DNA of 64,000 nucleotides from an uncultured delta proteobacterium (GCA_963783905.1 CAWAPG010000002.1:65032-129031); one strand, 5' to 3'; shown: positions 20,700 through 30,149, counted from the stretch's first letter. Program-made: numbers and translations. Notes: generated by a model from the letters alone, not told the origin.

Positions 20700-21716
20700 A
20701 TGAAGAGAATTGCTAAACACGTAACAACCGGGATAGCGTTGCTGGCAGCAGCAGCAATGGTACTGGCTCTTGTGAGTACGGTATCGGCAGCACCCATCAA
20801 GATTCGTTTTTCACATGTTGTGGCGCCCAACACCCCGAAGGGGCAGGCTGCGGATATGTTCGCCAAACTGGCCAACGAGCGTCTTGCGGGCAAGGTGGAA
20901 GTGCAGGTGTTCCCGAACTCCCAGCTTTATACAGACGCGAAAGTACTGGATGCTCTGAGTACCGGCAGTGTGGAGATGGCAGCACCTTCAACAGCCAAAT
21001 TCACCTCATGGGTCCCGGAGCTGCAGCTTTTTGACCTGCCGTTTCTGTTCAAGAACAGTAATGTTCTCTATCAGACCATGGACGGAGAAGTTGGACAGAA
21101 AATGTTCAAACTGCTGGGCCAGAAAAATATGCTCGGCCTTGCCTTTTGGGACAATGGTTTCAAGCAGCTTAGCGACAATGATCACGTGATCAGGACCCCT
21201 GAAGATCTGGCCGGGTTGAAGTACCGCATCATGTCTTCAAAGGTGCTGGAAGCCCAGTTCAAGGCAGTTGACGCCAATCCGCTGGTTATGCCGTTCTCCG
21301 AAGTCTATTCGGCCCTGGAACAGGGTGTCATTGACGGCCAGGAGAATACCTGGTCCAATATTTATTCCAAGAAATTTTACGAAGTACAGAAATATATAAC
21401 TGAAACCAACCACGGCTATCTTGGTTATCTGGTCGTCACCAATGCCCAGTTCTGGAATCACCTTCCCGCAGATGTCCGCACAGAGCTGGAATCGATCCTC
21501 AAAGAGGTAACCGCCTGGATCAGGGTAAATGCCTTAAAGATCAATATGGAGCAGAAGCAATTAATCATTGATTCAGGTGTAAGTACGGTTACCGAACTGA
21601 CCGAAGCTGAAAAAGATGAATTTCGCAAGGCTTTCAAACCGGTGCATGACGAATTCCGTGATGTTGTAGGCGGTGATCTTATTGATGCAGTATATGATCT
21701 GAATGCAAAGAATTAA
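20700..21716 (+). CDS. dctP: TRAP transporter substrate-binding protein DctP family
   Basis: ATG at 20700 after GGAG, a signal peptide, and DctP-family motifs (IKIRFSHVVAPNTPKG, FWDNGFKQ). Confidence 0.9.
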   Translation: MKRIAKHVTTGIALLAAAAMVLALVSTVSAAPIKIRFSHVVAPNTPKGQAADMFAKLANERLAGKVEVQVFPNSQLYTDAKVLDALSTGSVEMAAPSTAKFTSWVPELQLFDLPFLFKNSNVLYQTMDGEVGQKMFKLLGQKNMLGLAFWDNGFKQLSDNDHVIRTPEDLAGLKYRIMSSKVLEAQFKAVDANPLVMPFSEVYSALEQGVIDGQENTWSNIYSKKFYEVQKYITETNHGYLGYLVVTNAQFWNHLPADVRTELESILKEVTAWIRVNALKINMEQKQLIIDSGVSTVTELTEAEKDEFRKAFKPVHDEFRDVVGGDLIDAVYDLNAKN

Positions 21717-21825
21717 TTTATAAAAAATTTTTAATAGTTTAAGACTTACTGTTAGAGTCTCCACTGCCAAAACGGTGGAGACTCTGACAGTACGATTATT
21801 ATTAAACGTTTTAGAAGACAGGTTC

Positions 21826-22416
21826 ATGGAAAGAGCAAAATCAGGCGTCATAGACCGCTTAGAGGAAATACTGATCTCCGTATTGCTCGGCGTTGCTACG
21901 ATCCTGGTGTTTGCCCAAGTGGTGGCCCGGTATGTCTTCAACGCTGGAATTACCTGGGCTCCCGAACTCGTTCAACACCTATTTTTATGGACGGTGATGA
22001 TAGGCGCCTCCTACGGCTTTAAGCACGGAGTCCACCTTGGAGTGGATGTGCTCATGAAGAAACTGCCTGAGGCACTGCGGCGGATAATGGCGTTATTTGC
22101 CGTGGTGATTTCCCTTTGTTTCACCCTGTACATGGCTTACCTGTCTTTCTTTTATGTCCACGATGCCTACAAGATGGAACTGATAACAGTGGACCTGCAA
22201 GTTCCCCAGTGGATACCAAACCTTGCTTTACCATTCGGCTTCACTCTCATATCAATTCGACTGGTGCAGGTCTTCTGGTGGATATATACCGGTCGCATGA
22301 TCAATGTCTCGATGAGCGGGGAGTTGCACAGCGATGAGATTGAAGATGTTACGCAAGGCTATACATCAGCTCAGTCGACCGAAGATGAGGATCCTCTGGA
22401 TTTGATCAAGGAGTAA
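21826..22416 (+). CDS. dctQ: TRAP transporter small permease DctQ family
   Basis: Four-TM small protein between dctP and dctM. The start is taken at the internal ATG 21826. Confidence 0.8.
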   Translation: MERAKSGVIDRLEEILISVLLGVATILVFAQVVARYVFNAGITWAPELVQHLFLWTVMIGASYGFKHGVHLGVDVLMKKLPEALRRIMALFAVVISLCFTLYMAYLSFFYVHDAYKMELITVDLQVPQWIPNLALPFGFTLISIRLVQVFWWIYTGRMINVSMSGELHSDEIEDVTQGYTSAQSTEDEDPLDLIKE

Positions 22417-22428
22417 AGGAGTCCCATT

Positions 22429-23733
22429 ATGGAAGCAGCAGTCATATTCATTGTTCTTGCTATCCTTCTTCTCCTCGGCGTTCCTATTGCAATCTGCCTG
22501 GGACTTTCGGCCGGCATTTATCTGCTGCTTTTTTTTCAAATTCCCGAGTGGACCACGACCACAAATGTGCTTTCTGGTATTCTGCCGAACAAGTTTTCAG
22601 CCACCATGGAGCATTTCACGCTCATGGCTATTCCGTTTTTCATTCTCAGTTCCAATTTTTTGTCAACCGGTGGAGTGGCACAGCGCATTGTCCGCTTTGC
22701 CAATGCCCTGGTGGGCTGGATGGCCGGCGGCCTGGCAATGGCCGGCATCATGGCCTGCATCCTTTTTGCTGCAGTTTCCGGATCGAGCCCGGCCACAGTT
22801 GTAGCCATTGGTTCCATCATGATCCCCGGCATGATTGAGGCCAACTATTCCAAGCGTTTTGCCGTGGGATCGATTGCCACGGCCGGCAGCCTGGGGATTT
22901 TGATTCCGCCGTCCATTGTTATGATTGTCTATGCAGTGGCCACTGAGCAGTCAGTGGGCAAGATGTTTATTGCCGGTATTGTTCCCGGCTTGATGCTGGG
23001 CGCTATGCTGCTGTTTGTCACCTGGGTGACGGCGGTCAAAAAAGGTATGCCCCGGCAGTCGAAGCCGACCTTAAAGGAAGTCTGGAAGTCCTTCTGGGAT
23101 GCCTTCTGGGGATTGTTGCTCATTGTAATGATTATCGGCGGGATCTACGGCGGCATTTTTACCCCGACTGAGGCTGCAGCCGTGGCAGCAGTCTATTCTG
23201 CTGTCATTGCCCTGTTTGTATACCGGGATATGGGTTTTAAGGATATTCCCCATGTTATGCTGGAATCTGCAAAAATGACCGCCATGCTTCTTTTCATCAT
23301 TGCCTGCGCCATGATTTTTGCCCATGTGCTGACCATGGAGCGCATCCCGCAGAATATTGCTGAGTGGCTTGTCGCTAAAGACATGTCCTGGTGGATGTTT
23401 CTTCTTATGGTCAACGTGATTCTCTGGTTTGCCGGTGACTTCATGGAGCCCTCTTCCATAATCCTGATCCTGGCACCCATTTTCTTTCCCATTGCCATGG
23501 CACTAAAAATCGATCCCATTCATCTTGGTATCGTTATGACCCTGAATATGGAGGTTGGCATGATCACGCCGCCGGTGGGGCTTAATCTCTATGTCGCCTC
23601 GGGTTTGAGCGGTTTGACCCTTGAGGAGGTCACTAAGGCTGCGCTGCCCTGGATGCTGGTGATGATTGTCGCCTTGATCCTGGTGACCTATATTCCGTGG
23701 ATCAGTCTCTTCCTGGTCCATCTCCTCTATTAA
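22429..23733 (+). CDS. dctM: TRAP transporter large permease DctM family
   Basis: A 434-aa polytopic permease with typical DctM sequence (GGVAQRIVRFANALVGWMAGGLAMA). Confidence 0.9.
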   Translation: MEAAVIFIVLAILLLLGVPIAICLGLSAGIYLLLFFQIPEWTTTTNVLSGILPNKFSATMEHFTLMAIPFFILSSNFLSTGGVAQRIVRFANALVGWMAGGLAMAGIMACILFAAVSGSSPATVVAIGSIMIPGMIEANYSKRFAVGSIATAGSLGILIPPSIVMIVYAVATEQSVGKMFIAGIVPGLMLGAMLLFVTWVTAVKKGMPRQSKPTLKEVWKSFWDAFWGLLLIVMIIGGIYGGIFTPTEAAAVAAVYSAVIALFVYRDMGFKDIPHVMLESAKMTAMLLFIIACAMIFAHVLTMERIPQNIAEWLVAKDMSWWMFLLMVNVILWFAGDFMEPSSIILILAPIFFPIAMALKIDPIHLGIVMTLNMEVGMITPPVGLNLYVASGLSGLTLEEVTKAALPWMLVMIVALILVTYIPWISLFLVHLLY

Positions 23734-24060
23734 TACCTCGTATGCCGGATTTACCGTATCTCCTTTGAAGTCGGAGTTTATGCCCTGCTTTTATGGGTGC
23801 TATCTATCACCATACTTTCCACATAGCTTTACTATGGCGAAAAGTATTCTTTCGCGGATCTACAGCAAATCCGGCATGCTTAACTAAGCGATAATTTTTA
23901 TATTCAGCAACTCCCATCTCTTATTATTCAATAATTCAAGAATTTTGTTGCCTCCATGTCTTGCGTGGGGGTAAATTGTTTGTATTCAATATGAAACAGT
24001 TTTTCAGTTGGAATATTGGGAAAATATTTATTCGATAACCAGTAAATGGAGGGTGGTACT

Positions 24061-24300
24061 ATGAGTGATGCAAATAAGGCATGTAAGAATTGCGGTATAA
24101 ATCTGCCCGGTGATTTTTCCGGCGATATTTGTCCAGGATGCGGCCTGACATACTGGAAGTGCGGCAACTGCGGTTTTCTGGTCACTGCACCCGTTGGCCC
24201 GGATACCTGCCCGAGCTGTAAGGAGAAGTGCGAATTCAGGAATGTGACCTGTTATACCCCTGACTGCGGCGGTCCGGGCAACATTGACCCGCAGCTTTAA
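24061..24300 (+). CDS. double zinc-ribbon / rubredoxin-like small protein
   Basis: ATG 24061 after SD GGAGGG. Four CxxC pairs are present (CKNC, CPGC, CGNC, CPSC) plus CGG near the C-terminus. Confidence 0.6.
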   Translation: MSDANKACKNCGINLPGDFSGDICPGCGLTYWKCGNCGFLVTAPVGPDTCPSCKEKCEFRNVTCYTPDCGGPGNIDPQL

Positions 24301-24353
24301 TGATTCTTTACTGATTCACAGCCTTACGTCCAAATCGACCAAAGAGGAGAATC

Positions 24354-25010
24354 ATGAAAAACCTGGCGGGTTTTGTTTTTGTGCTCTTGCTTATTACGGT
24401 TTTTTTCACCGGCGGCTGCCAGAAAGCCTATTACAGCACCATGGAGAAATTCGGGGTTCACAAACGTGACATTATGGTGGACCGGGTGGAAGAGGCCCGT
24501 GACAGTCAGCAGGAAGCCAAAGCACAATTTCAGTCTGCCCTGGAGCAGTTCAGCCAGGTCCTGAATTATAACGGAGGCAAGCTGGAAGACAAGTACGAGA
24601 CCCTGCAGGCGGAATATGATAGAAGCGAAGCCAAGGCTGAGGAGGTAAAAAAAAGAATCGATGCCGTAGAAAACGTGTCCGAAGCCCTTTTTGACGAATG
24701 GCAGGATGAACTCGACCAGTATACCAATAAGTCGCTGCGGCGTGACAGTGAGCGGAAAATGATTCAGACCAGGAGCCGGTATATTCAGATGATTAAAGCC
24801 ATGCGAAGGGCGGAGGCAAAAATTGATCCGGTGCTCAGGGCCTTTCGGGACCAGGTGCTGTATCTCAAACACAACCTTAATGCCCAGGCAATTGCCTCCC
24901 TGCAGAGTGAACTGGTCGGGGTGGAATCAGATATTGTCGTCCTCATTCAGGAGATGGAAAAATCCATCGGTGAGGCGAATTTATTCATCCGGACGATGAT
25001 TGAAGAATAG
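24354..25010 (+). CDS. DUF2959-like lipoprotein
   Basis: Lipobox FFTGGC. The helical sequence YYSTMEKFGVHKRDIMVDRVEEARDSQ resembles the DUF2959 family as I remember it. Confidence 0.65.
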   Translation: MKNLAGFVFVLLLITVFFTGGCQKAYYSTMEKFGVHKRDIMVDRVEEARDSQQEAKAQFQSALEQFSQVLNYNGGKLEDKYETLQAEYDRSEAKAEEVKKRIDAVENVSEALFDEWQDELDQYTNKSLRRDSERKMIQTRSRYIQMIKAMRRAEAKIDPVLRAFRDQVLYLKHNLNAQAIASLQSELVGVESDIVVLIQEMEKSIGEANLFIRTMIEE

Positions 25011-25234
25011 GACGGATTTTTGCAGGTGCAGCTCGAATATCCTGACTCTTTCTCCGGACTGGAAACGGTATAGCCCTGGAGGCGACACTCCATTTTCCGG
25101 TCAGATTTCCTTCCTGCCATTCTATGGATTATTTCGTGCATGATCCATGCCTCCTGGGGTATTGTAAAAAAGAAAGAGAAATATGAAGCCGGTATCCAAA
25201 CCATTACCCGGTAATTTGCAGAGGAGAGAAACCC

Positions 25235-25696
25235 ATGGCGCTTTTTTTAGTTCAGCACGGCAAGAGTTTACCCAAGGAGAAGGATCCTGATCAGTCCCTT
25301 TCCCAGGAGGGATTAACCGAAACCCGGGCCATGGCCACAATGGCTGCGGAAAATAATGTTCAGGTCATGCGTATTATACACAGCGGCAAAAAAAGGGCCC
25401 TGCAAACCGCCGAGATTTTTGTCAAAGCCCTGGAGCCTGAAGAAGGCATGAGCAAGGGCGCCGGCCTGGCTCCCCTGGATGATGTTGCCACATTTGCCGC
25501 CACCCTCAGAAATGATGAAAATATTATGATTGTGGGGCATTTGCCGTTTATGGAAAGACTTGTTTCCTACCTGGTTTCCGGATCGCAGGAAAGAGGCATC
25601 ATAAAATTTCAAAACAGTGCTGTCATCTGTTTGGATATGGAGGATGTATCAGAATCATGGTTTATCCGCTGGGCTCTGTTTCCACATTTTGATTAG
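25235..25696 (+). CDS. sixA: phosphohistidine phosphatase SixA-like (histidine phosphatase superfamily)
   Basis: Short histidine phosphatase with LVQHG near the N-terminus, HSGKKRALQTAEI, and VGHLPF near the C-terminus. Confidence 0.7.
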   Translation: MALFLVQHGKSLPKEKDPDQSLSQEGLTETRAMATMAAENNVQVMRIIHSGKKRALQTAEIFVKALEPEEGMSKGAGLAPLDDVATFAATLRNDENIMIVGHLPFMERLVSYLVSGSQERGIIKFQNSAVICLDMEDVSESWFIRWALFPHFD

Positions 25697-25716
25697 GATT
25701 ATTCATTTGGAGCATT

Positions 25717-26568
25717 ATGGTCGATGTAATCGAAAATTTTTTTCTAACATCCGGAAAGCATCAGGTCACCGCAGTGGGTTTGGGCGGAGAAGGAATACTG
25801 CGGACGTCAGGCCGGGCTCCACAGGCCGTTAAAGTCATTAAGGAGGCACTAGCGCAGGGTCTCGCATACTTTGATTCTGCACCGGCTTATCGTGACAGCG
25901 AACTGTACCTTGGAACAATCTGGCAGGAAAATCCTGCTGTCAGGCAGAAAATTTTTCAGGCCGGCAAATCGGGCAGCAGGGATAAAGCCGGTGCCCTTTC
26001 CGATCTGGAAAAAACCCTGAAAAGGCTGCACACCGATTATCTTGATCTGTGGCAGATCCATGATATCAGGAGCAAAGATGATCTGGCCGTTGTCAGCGGA
26101 TCAAACGGCGCTCTGGAAACATTTATCGCCGCAAAAAAAGCGGGAAAAGTTCGTCACATCGGGGTAACCGGCCATCATGATCCCCATGTTCTTGCCAGGG
26201 CGATAGCCGAATGGCCGGTTGATGCGGTCATGCTGCCGGTCAACCCTGTTGAGGAACTGCTGGGGGGATTTTTGCCAACTGCACTAACCGAAGCCCGCCG
26301 CAAGAATATAGCCGTGATCGGCATGAAGATTTTAGGGGCTTCCCATTATATCCTGCCCAAATTCAATATCACCCCTGATCTTCTGATCCGCTATGCACTC
26401 TCCCATGATATCTCCATGGGAATCGTCGGTTGTTCAACCCCGGATGAAGTCAGGACCCTGGCCGCAGCCGGCAGCTCCAAACCGGTTACCAATCGGGAAA
26501 GGGAACATATTTTAAATACGTTTAAACCATATGCCCGCAGGCTTGCTTTTTATCGGGGCGCAATATGA
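25717..26568 (+). CDS. aldo/keto reductase
   Basis: AKR pattern with FDSAPAYRDSE, YLDLWQIHD and GVTGHH. Confidence 0.85.
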   Translation: MVDVIENFFLTSGKHQVTAVGLGGEGILRTSGRAPQAVKVIKEALAQGLAYFDSAPAYRDSELYLGTIWQENPAVRQKIFQAGKSGSRDKAGALSDLEKTLKRLHTDYLDLWQIHDIRSKDDLAVVSGSNGALETFIAAKKAGKVRHIGVTGHHDPHVLARAIAEWPVDAVMLPVNPVEELLGGFLPTALTEARRKNIAVIGMKILGASHYILPKFNITPDLLIRYALSHDISMGIVGCSTPDEVRTLAAAGSSKPVTNREREHILNTFKPYARRLAFYRGAI

Positions 26569-26826
26569 TGTAATATACAAACAATCTTCCGCTAAAGTAC
26601 TTGGCCGGAAACCCGGTTGCGGGAAAAATGATCATGGTAAAAGCCGGGCCGGGCTTATTGTTGGGCCCATATACCTGAACAATCCCGGCAGATACGGAAT
26701 GAAGAACAAACATTAGATCTCAACCCAAGGGTCCATTGCAGGGTGCCATAATAAAGGCGATACCTGCAGCGGCTGCAGCCGTGAAAGATGTTGCCGCTAA
26801 GGCCCCGTCTATTGAGTAGGAGGGTT

Positions 26827-27405
26827 ATGGAATTATCACATTCAAGACATGAATCAAAGAAAATGGCGGGGCATTTTGGTCCACTGACCTTGCTTTTTCT
26901 GGCTGTCATGCTGTTGGCGGTTGCAGCCTGCAACAAAAAGGAAGAATCAGCACCGGTTGTACAGCGACAGGGATGGGTGAGCGATTATGCCGGTATATTA
27001 TCTCCGGAGGATAAATCACGAATATCGGATGAACTTGCAGCCTATGAAAAGGAAACCTGCCACCAGATTTTTCTGCTTATCGTTCCCTCCCTTGGCGGTG
27101 AGAAGATGGTGGAGTTTTCCCAAAGGACGGCAAAGGCATGGGGACTCGGCCAGCCGGGCTTTGACAACGGTTTTCTTCTCACCATAGCCATGCAGGAAGG
27201 AACGATTCGCATCGAGACAGGTTCGTACTTCGAATGGTTCATCCAGAATGGCACTGCGGCTAAAATATTGCAGGAAGTAATGCTTCCGCTGTTTAAACAG
27301 GACAAATTTGTGGAAGGTCTGGAGCGCGGGTTGGAAGAAATTATGGCTGCCGGCCGTCTCAAACCAATTCCTGCTGATCAGAAACCGGATATCTGCCGGC
27401 AATAA
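26827..27405 (+). CDS. TPM-domain lipoprotein (YgcG-like)
   Basis: ATG 26827 after a strong SD AGGAGGG, lipobox LAVAAC, and the TPM motif VSDYAGILSPEDKSRISDEL...QIFLLIVPSLGG. Confidence 0.8.
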   Translation: MELSHSRHESKKMAGHFGPLTLLFLAVMLLAVAACNKKEESAPVVQRQGWVSDYAGILSPEDKSRISDELAAYEKETCHQIFLLIVPSLGGEKMVEFSQRTAKAWGLGQPGFDNGFLLTIAMQEGTIRIETGSYFEWFIQNGTAAKILQEVMLPLFKQDKFVEGLERGLEEIMAAGRLKPIPADQKPDICRQ

Positions 27406-27410
27406 AAATA

Positions 27411-28211
27411 TTGCACGATATGGCTCATGGTGCCCCTCAATACGTTGCCTTTGGGAGTAGACTGATAGGTGTTCCCGAGGTACTGACCTTGGGCGTAAAG
27501 CCTAACTTTCATGATTATTCCGCTCTCCAGCAGCAGCAGATTCATGAGTCCAGGGTTATTTTATATCCGACTCTCAATTACGCCCAATTTTTTACCACCA
27601 TGGGGAAAAAGATCTTTCCCAGCGTTGAAACCTATCTCTACGCCGATGAAAAGTTGAAACAGACCACTCTTTTCAACCTGCTTGGCCTGCCGCATCCGAG
27701 AACAAGATTTTATCTGCAGCGGGATTTTACCCGCATTGAGGAGGATTTTGCCTTTCCTTTTATTGCCAAGATACCAAGGGCGTCGGCCCGGGGCAGAGGC
27801 GTTTTTTTAATCACCTGTCCGAAGGAGCTGGATCAGTATCTGCAAAAAACTAAAATTGCCTATATCCAGGAATATATCCCCCATGACCGAGACCTGCGGG
27901 TGATTTTGATCAACTATGAACCGGTGTTGGCCTATTGGCGCAAACGGTCCGCCCAGGATTTCAGAACAAACCTGGATCAGGGAGGAGAGATTGATTTTAC
28001 CGACATACCCCATGATATCATGCCCATGGTGCAGGATTTTGCCCGGCGGTGCAAATTCAATGATGTCGGCCTTGATCTGTTGACATATCAAGGGACCTGG
28101 TATCTGATTGAGGCGAATATGCTTTATGGGCGCGAGGGGTTAAAGAAAAAAAATATGGTTCTTAAGGAGATTATCCGGCAGAAATTGGTGGCAGGGACCC
28201 TTTTTGCCTGA
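27411..28211 (+). CDS. ATP-grasp (RimK-like) ligase family protein
   Basis: ATP-grasp motifs (FIAKIPRASARGRGVFL, EYIPHDRDLRV, EANMLYG). The start is TTG 27411 or ATG 27420. Confidence 0.8.
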   Translation: MHDMAHGAPQYVAFGSRLIGVPEVLTLGVKPNFHDYSALQQQQIHESRVILYPTLNYAQFFTTMGKKIFPSVETYLYADEKLKQTTLFNLLGLPHPRTRFYLQRDFTRIEEDFAFPFIAKIPRASARGRGVFLITCPKELDQYLQKTKIAYIQEYIPHDRDLRVILINYEPVLAYWRKRSAQDFRTNLDQGGEIDFTDIPHDIMPMVQDFARRCKFNDVGLDLLTYQGTWYLIEANMLYGREGLKKKNMVLKEIIRQKLVAGTLFA

Positions 28212-28282
28212 ATTTTGAAAAATGTCTACTGGAGCAATTCTATCTGAGCAGGAATAACTGAACAAAAACTGGAGGAAAACGA

Positions 28283-28651
28283 ATGGCTGAAGATGTGAAA
28301 AAAGAAGAAAAGCAGGCCGAGAAACCCCTGGATAAGATGACGGTGATTGAACTTCGCGAGGCAGCCAAGGAAGAAATTCCCGGCATTACCGGGGTGATCG
28401 GCATGAAGAAGGAAGAACTGCTGGAAGTTATCAAGGAAGCCAGAGGGATAAAGGATACTGCTCCAGCCAAGAAAAAGAAGATCAAAACCGCCGGGCCGAA
28501 GAAAAATATGTCCGTTAAGGAGATGAAACGGGAAATTGCCAGGCTTCAGGGCGAAAGAGAAACTCTGCGCCAGGAGAAAGACAAAAAGAAACTTGAAATT
28601 ATCCGTCGGCGCATAAACAGGCTGAAAAAAATGACCCGAAGGGCGGCATAA
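28283..28651 (+). CDS. Rho_N (SAP-like) domain protein with Lys-rich tail
   Basis: MTVIELREAAKEEIPGITGVIGMKKEELLEVI matches the Rho termination factor N-terminal helix-hairpin motif. The remainder is a highly basic coiled region. Confidence 0.7.
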   Translation: MAEDVKKEEKQAEKPLDKMTVIELREAAKEEIPGITGVIGMKKEELLEVIKEARGIKDTAPAKKKKIKTAGPKKNMSVKEMKREIARLQGERETLRQEKDKKKLEIIRRRINRLKKMTRRAA

Positions 28652-28849
28652 GGCCGCTGTTTTTCCTTTGCTTCCAATATCCATGCCCCAACAGGTTGGG
28701 CTCAAAAAAATGTAACGTGGTTTTTGAGGCCTTATGGGTTTCCCTTGGCGAGATTGATTACGAGCAGGGAAATCCAGGTATTTTTTTTCGTATGGAGAGA
28801 AATTTCCTGGTGAAAGGGCAGTCGTTGTGCCGGCGGGGACTTAAATCTA

Positions 28850-29614
28850 ATGAGCGGTTTTTTTATGGGCAGCGGGAAAAAGGAGCACCGGCATAAACTG
28901 AAGAATCAAGGCTTTGAAAATATATTGGCGGAGCAGAAGGACACTATTTCAGCAATAACTGGTGCGCGGCAAAAGCTGGAAATTGTCCTCAAATGCGACA
29001 CATCCGGCTCCATCGAAGCGTTAAATTCTGCGATCGATTCAATAAAGGTGCCCGGGGTAGCAATTGATATTATCAGTTCAGGTGTGGGCGCCATCAGCAA
29101 ATCAGACATCTTTATGGCGGAAACGGGCAGCAGGCTGATTATCGGCTTTGCAGTCGGACTTATGCCGCATATGGACCAGTTGGTCCTTGAGCACAATATT
29201 GAAATACGGCTCTTTGAGGTTATTTACAGGGTGCTGGAGGATGTTGCGACCATAGCCGGAAGTCTCATTCCTCCTGAATCAACAGAGGAAATAATCGGAT
29301 CTGCCAGGGTCATCGCACTTTTCAAAAGCAGCCGCAAGGGGATTATCATCGGCTGCGAAGTCACAGCAGGCAAGCTGGCGGCGGGCAATTCTTTCCGGAT
29401 CCTGGGAGTCATGGGACCCATATATTCCGGAACCATCAAGTCACTGCATATTGAAAAAGATGCGGTCAGTGAAGCGAAGAAAGGGCAGCGGGCGGGTCTG
29501 AAAATAAAAGATTTTAATAAGGTCAGAGTCGGCGACCTGGTTGAGTCCTATCGTTCAATCTCAGTCCGGCATGGCAAACCCTGGCAGCCCCAGGGGAAGA
29601 TTTATTATCCGTAA
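28850..29614 (+). CDS. stand-alone paralog of the translation initiation factor IF-2 C-terminal region (C1-C2 domains, no G domain)
   Basis: It is colinear with my memory of the IF2 C-terminus. LEIVLKCDTSGSIEAL matches LNLVLKADVQGSVEAI, then GVGAISKSDI, YRVLEDV, EIIGSARVIALFKSS and VRVGDLVE follow. Confidence 0.8.
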   Translation: MSGFFMGSGKKEHRHKLKNQGFENILAEQKDTISAITGARQKLEIVLKCDTSGSIEALNSAIDSIKVPGVAIDIISSGVGAISKSDIFMAETGSRLIIGFAVGLMPHMDQLVLEHNIEIRLFEVIYRVLEDVATIAGSLIPPESTEEIIGSARVIALFKSSRKGIIIGCEVTAGKLAAGNSFRILGVMGPIYSGTIKSLHIEKDAVSEAKKGQRAGLKIKDFNKVRVGDLVESYRSISVRHGKPWQPQGKIYYP

Positions 29615-29735
29615 GTGCAGAACTGTTTTAGTATCGCTGCAAATTCAGGATAATGCCTGATTTGCATAACAGAATGGTACAATTTTTTTCTGCGGCAATA
29701 AGATAATCGTGTCCTGAACCGGCTGTAGTTTTTTC

Positions 29736-29764
29736 TTGTATTTAGCCTTCCCCCTTGGTACAAT
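29736..29764 (+). promoter_or_regulatory. sigma70-type promoter candidate (TTGTAT-N17-TACAAT)
   Basis: -35 at 29736-29741 and -10 at 29759-29764 with a 17-nt spacer, about 135 nt upstream of the 46-aa ORF. Confidence 0.4.
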
Positions 29765-29899
29765 GTGGCAGTCCTAATGATAGCTAAATTTTAAAAAAAT
29801 AAATTATTTCAAGAAGTTGCTCGATAATTTTTATTCTGGTTTTTTTGATTTTGCCCTGAATCCTTTCGTGTTATCAATTAATATGTCCGGAGGTATCCT

Positions 29900-30040
29900 A
29901 TGCAAAGCAACATGAACACAAGGTCAGAATATCAACTACAGGATAGGCTCAGCAGAATTGCTGAAGGAATTTTGATGATGGCCGGGACGCTTACCGGCAT
30001 CTGGCTGTTGGCTGTAATAGCCATGTCCTTTATGAAATAA
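29900..30040 (+). CDS. 46-aa single-TM membrane peptide (not in ORF track, under 60 aa)
   Basis: ATG 29900 lies 7 nt after GGAGG. The product MQSNMNTRSEYQLQDRLSRIAEGILMMAGTLTGIWLLAVIAMSFMK has a polar head and a hydrophobic tail. Two terminators follow. Confidence 0.45.
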   Translation: MQSNMNTRSEYQLQDRLSRIAEGILMMAGTLTGIWLLAVIAMSFMK

Positions 30041-30050
30041 TTATATTATA

Positions 30051-30091
30051 CCGGTTTCCCCGTATTGCAAACCAGGGAAACCAGATTTTTT
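30051..30091 (+). terminator. rho-independent terminator
   Basis: Stem GGTTTCCC / GGGAAACC (30053-30060 / 30075-30082) followed by ATTTTTT. Confidence 0.6.
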
Positions 30092-30120
30092 ACCGGCTGA
30101 AGTAGTAAACCGGTACTAGT

Positions 30121-30149
30121 AAAAATCCGCTCCACGGCGGATTTTTTTT
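30121..30149. terminator. rho-independent terminator (bidirectional form)
   Basis: AAAATCCGC / GCGGATTTT stem with a 7-nt loop, an A-run upstream and T8 downstream. Confidence 0.7.

Noticed and set aside
23742-23877. Perfect 11-bp inverted repeat ATGCCGGATTT ... AAATCCGGCAT separated by about 115 nt downstream of dctM
   Set aside because: Perfect 11-mers at this spacing are expected a few times by chance in 64 kb. The repeat does not extend and has no supporting structure.
28652-28849. Idea that the IF2-like gene is the 3-prime remnant of a disrupted full-length infB
   Set aside because: The upstream in-frame sequence hits a TGA at 28811 after only 12 codons. The preceding 200 bp show no G-domain coding potential in any frame, and the upstream gene is an unrelated Rho_N protein.
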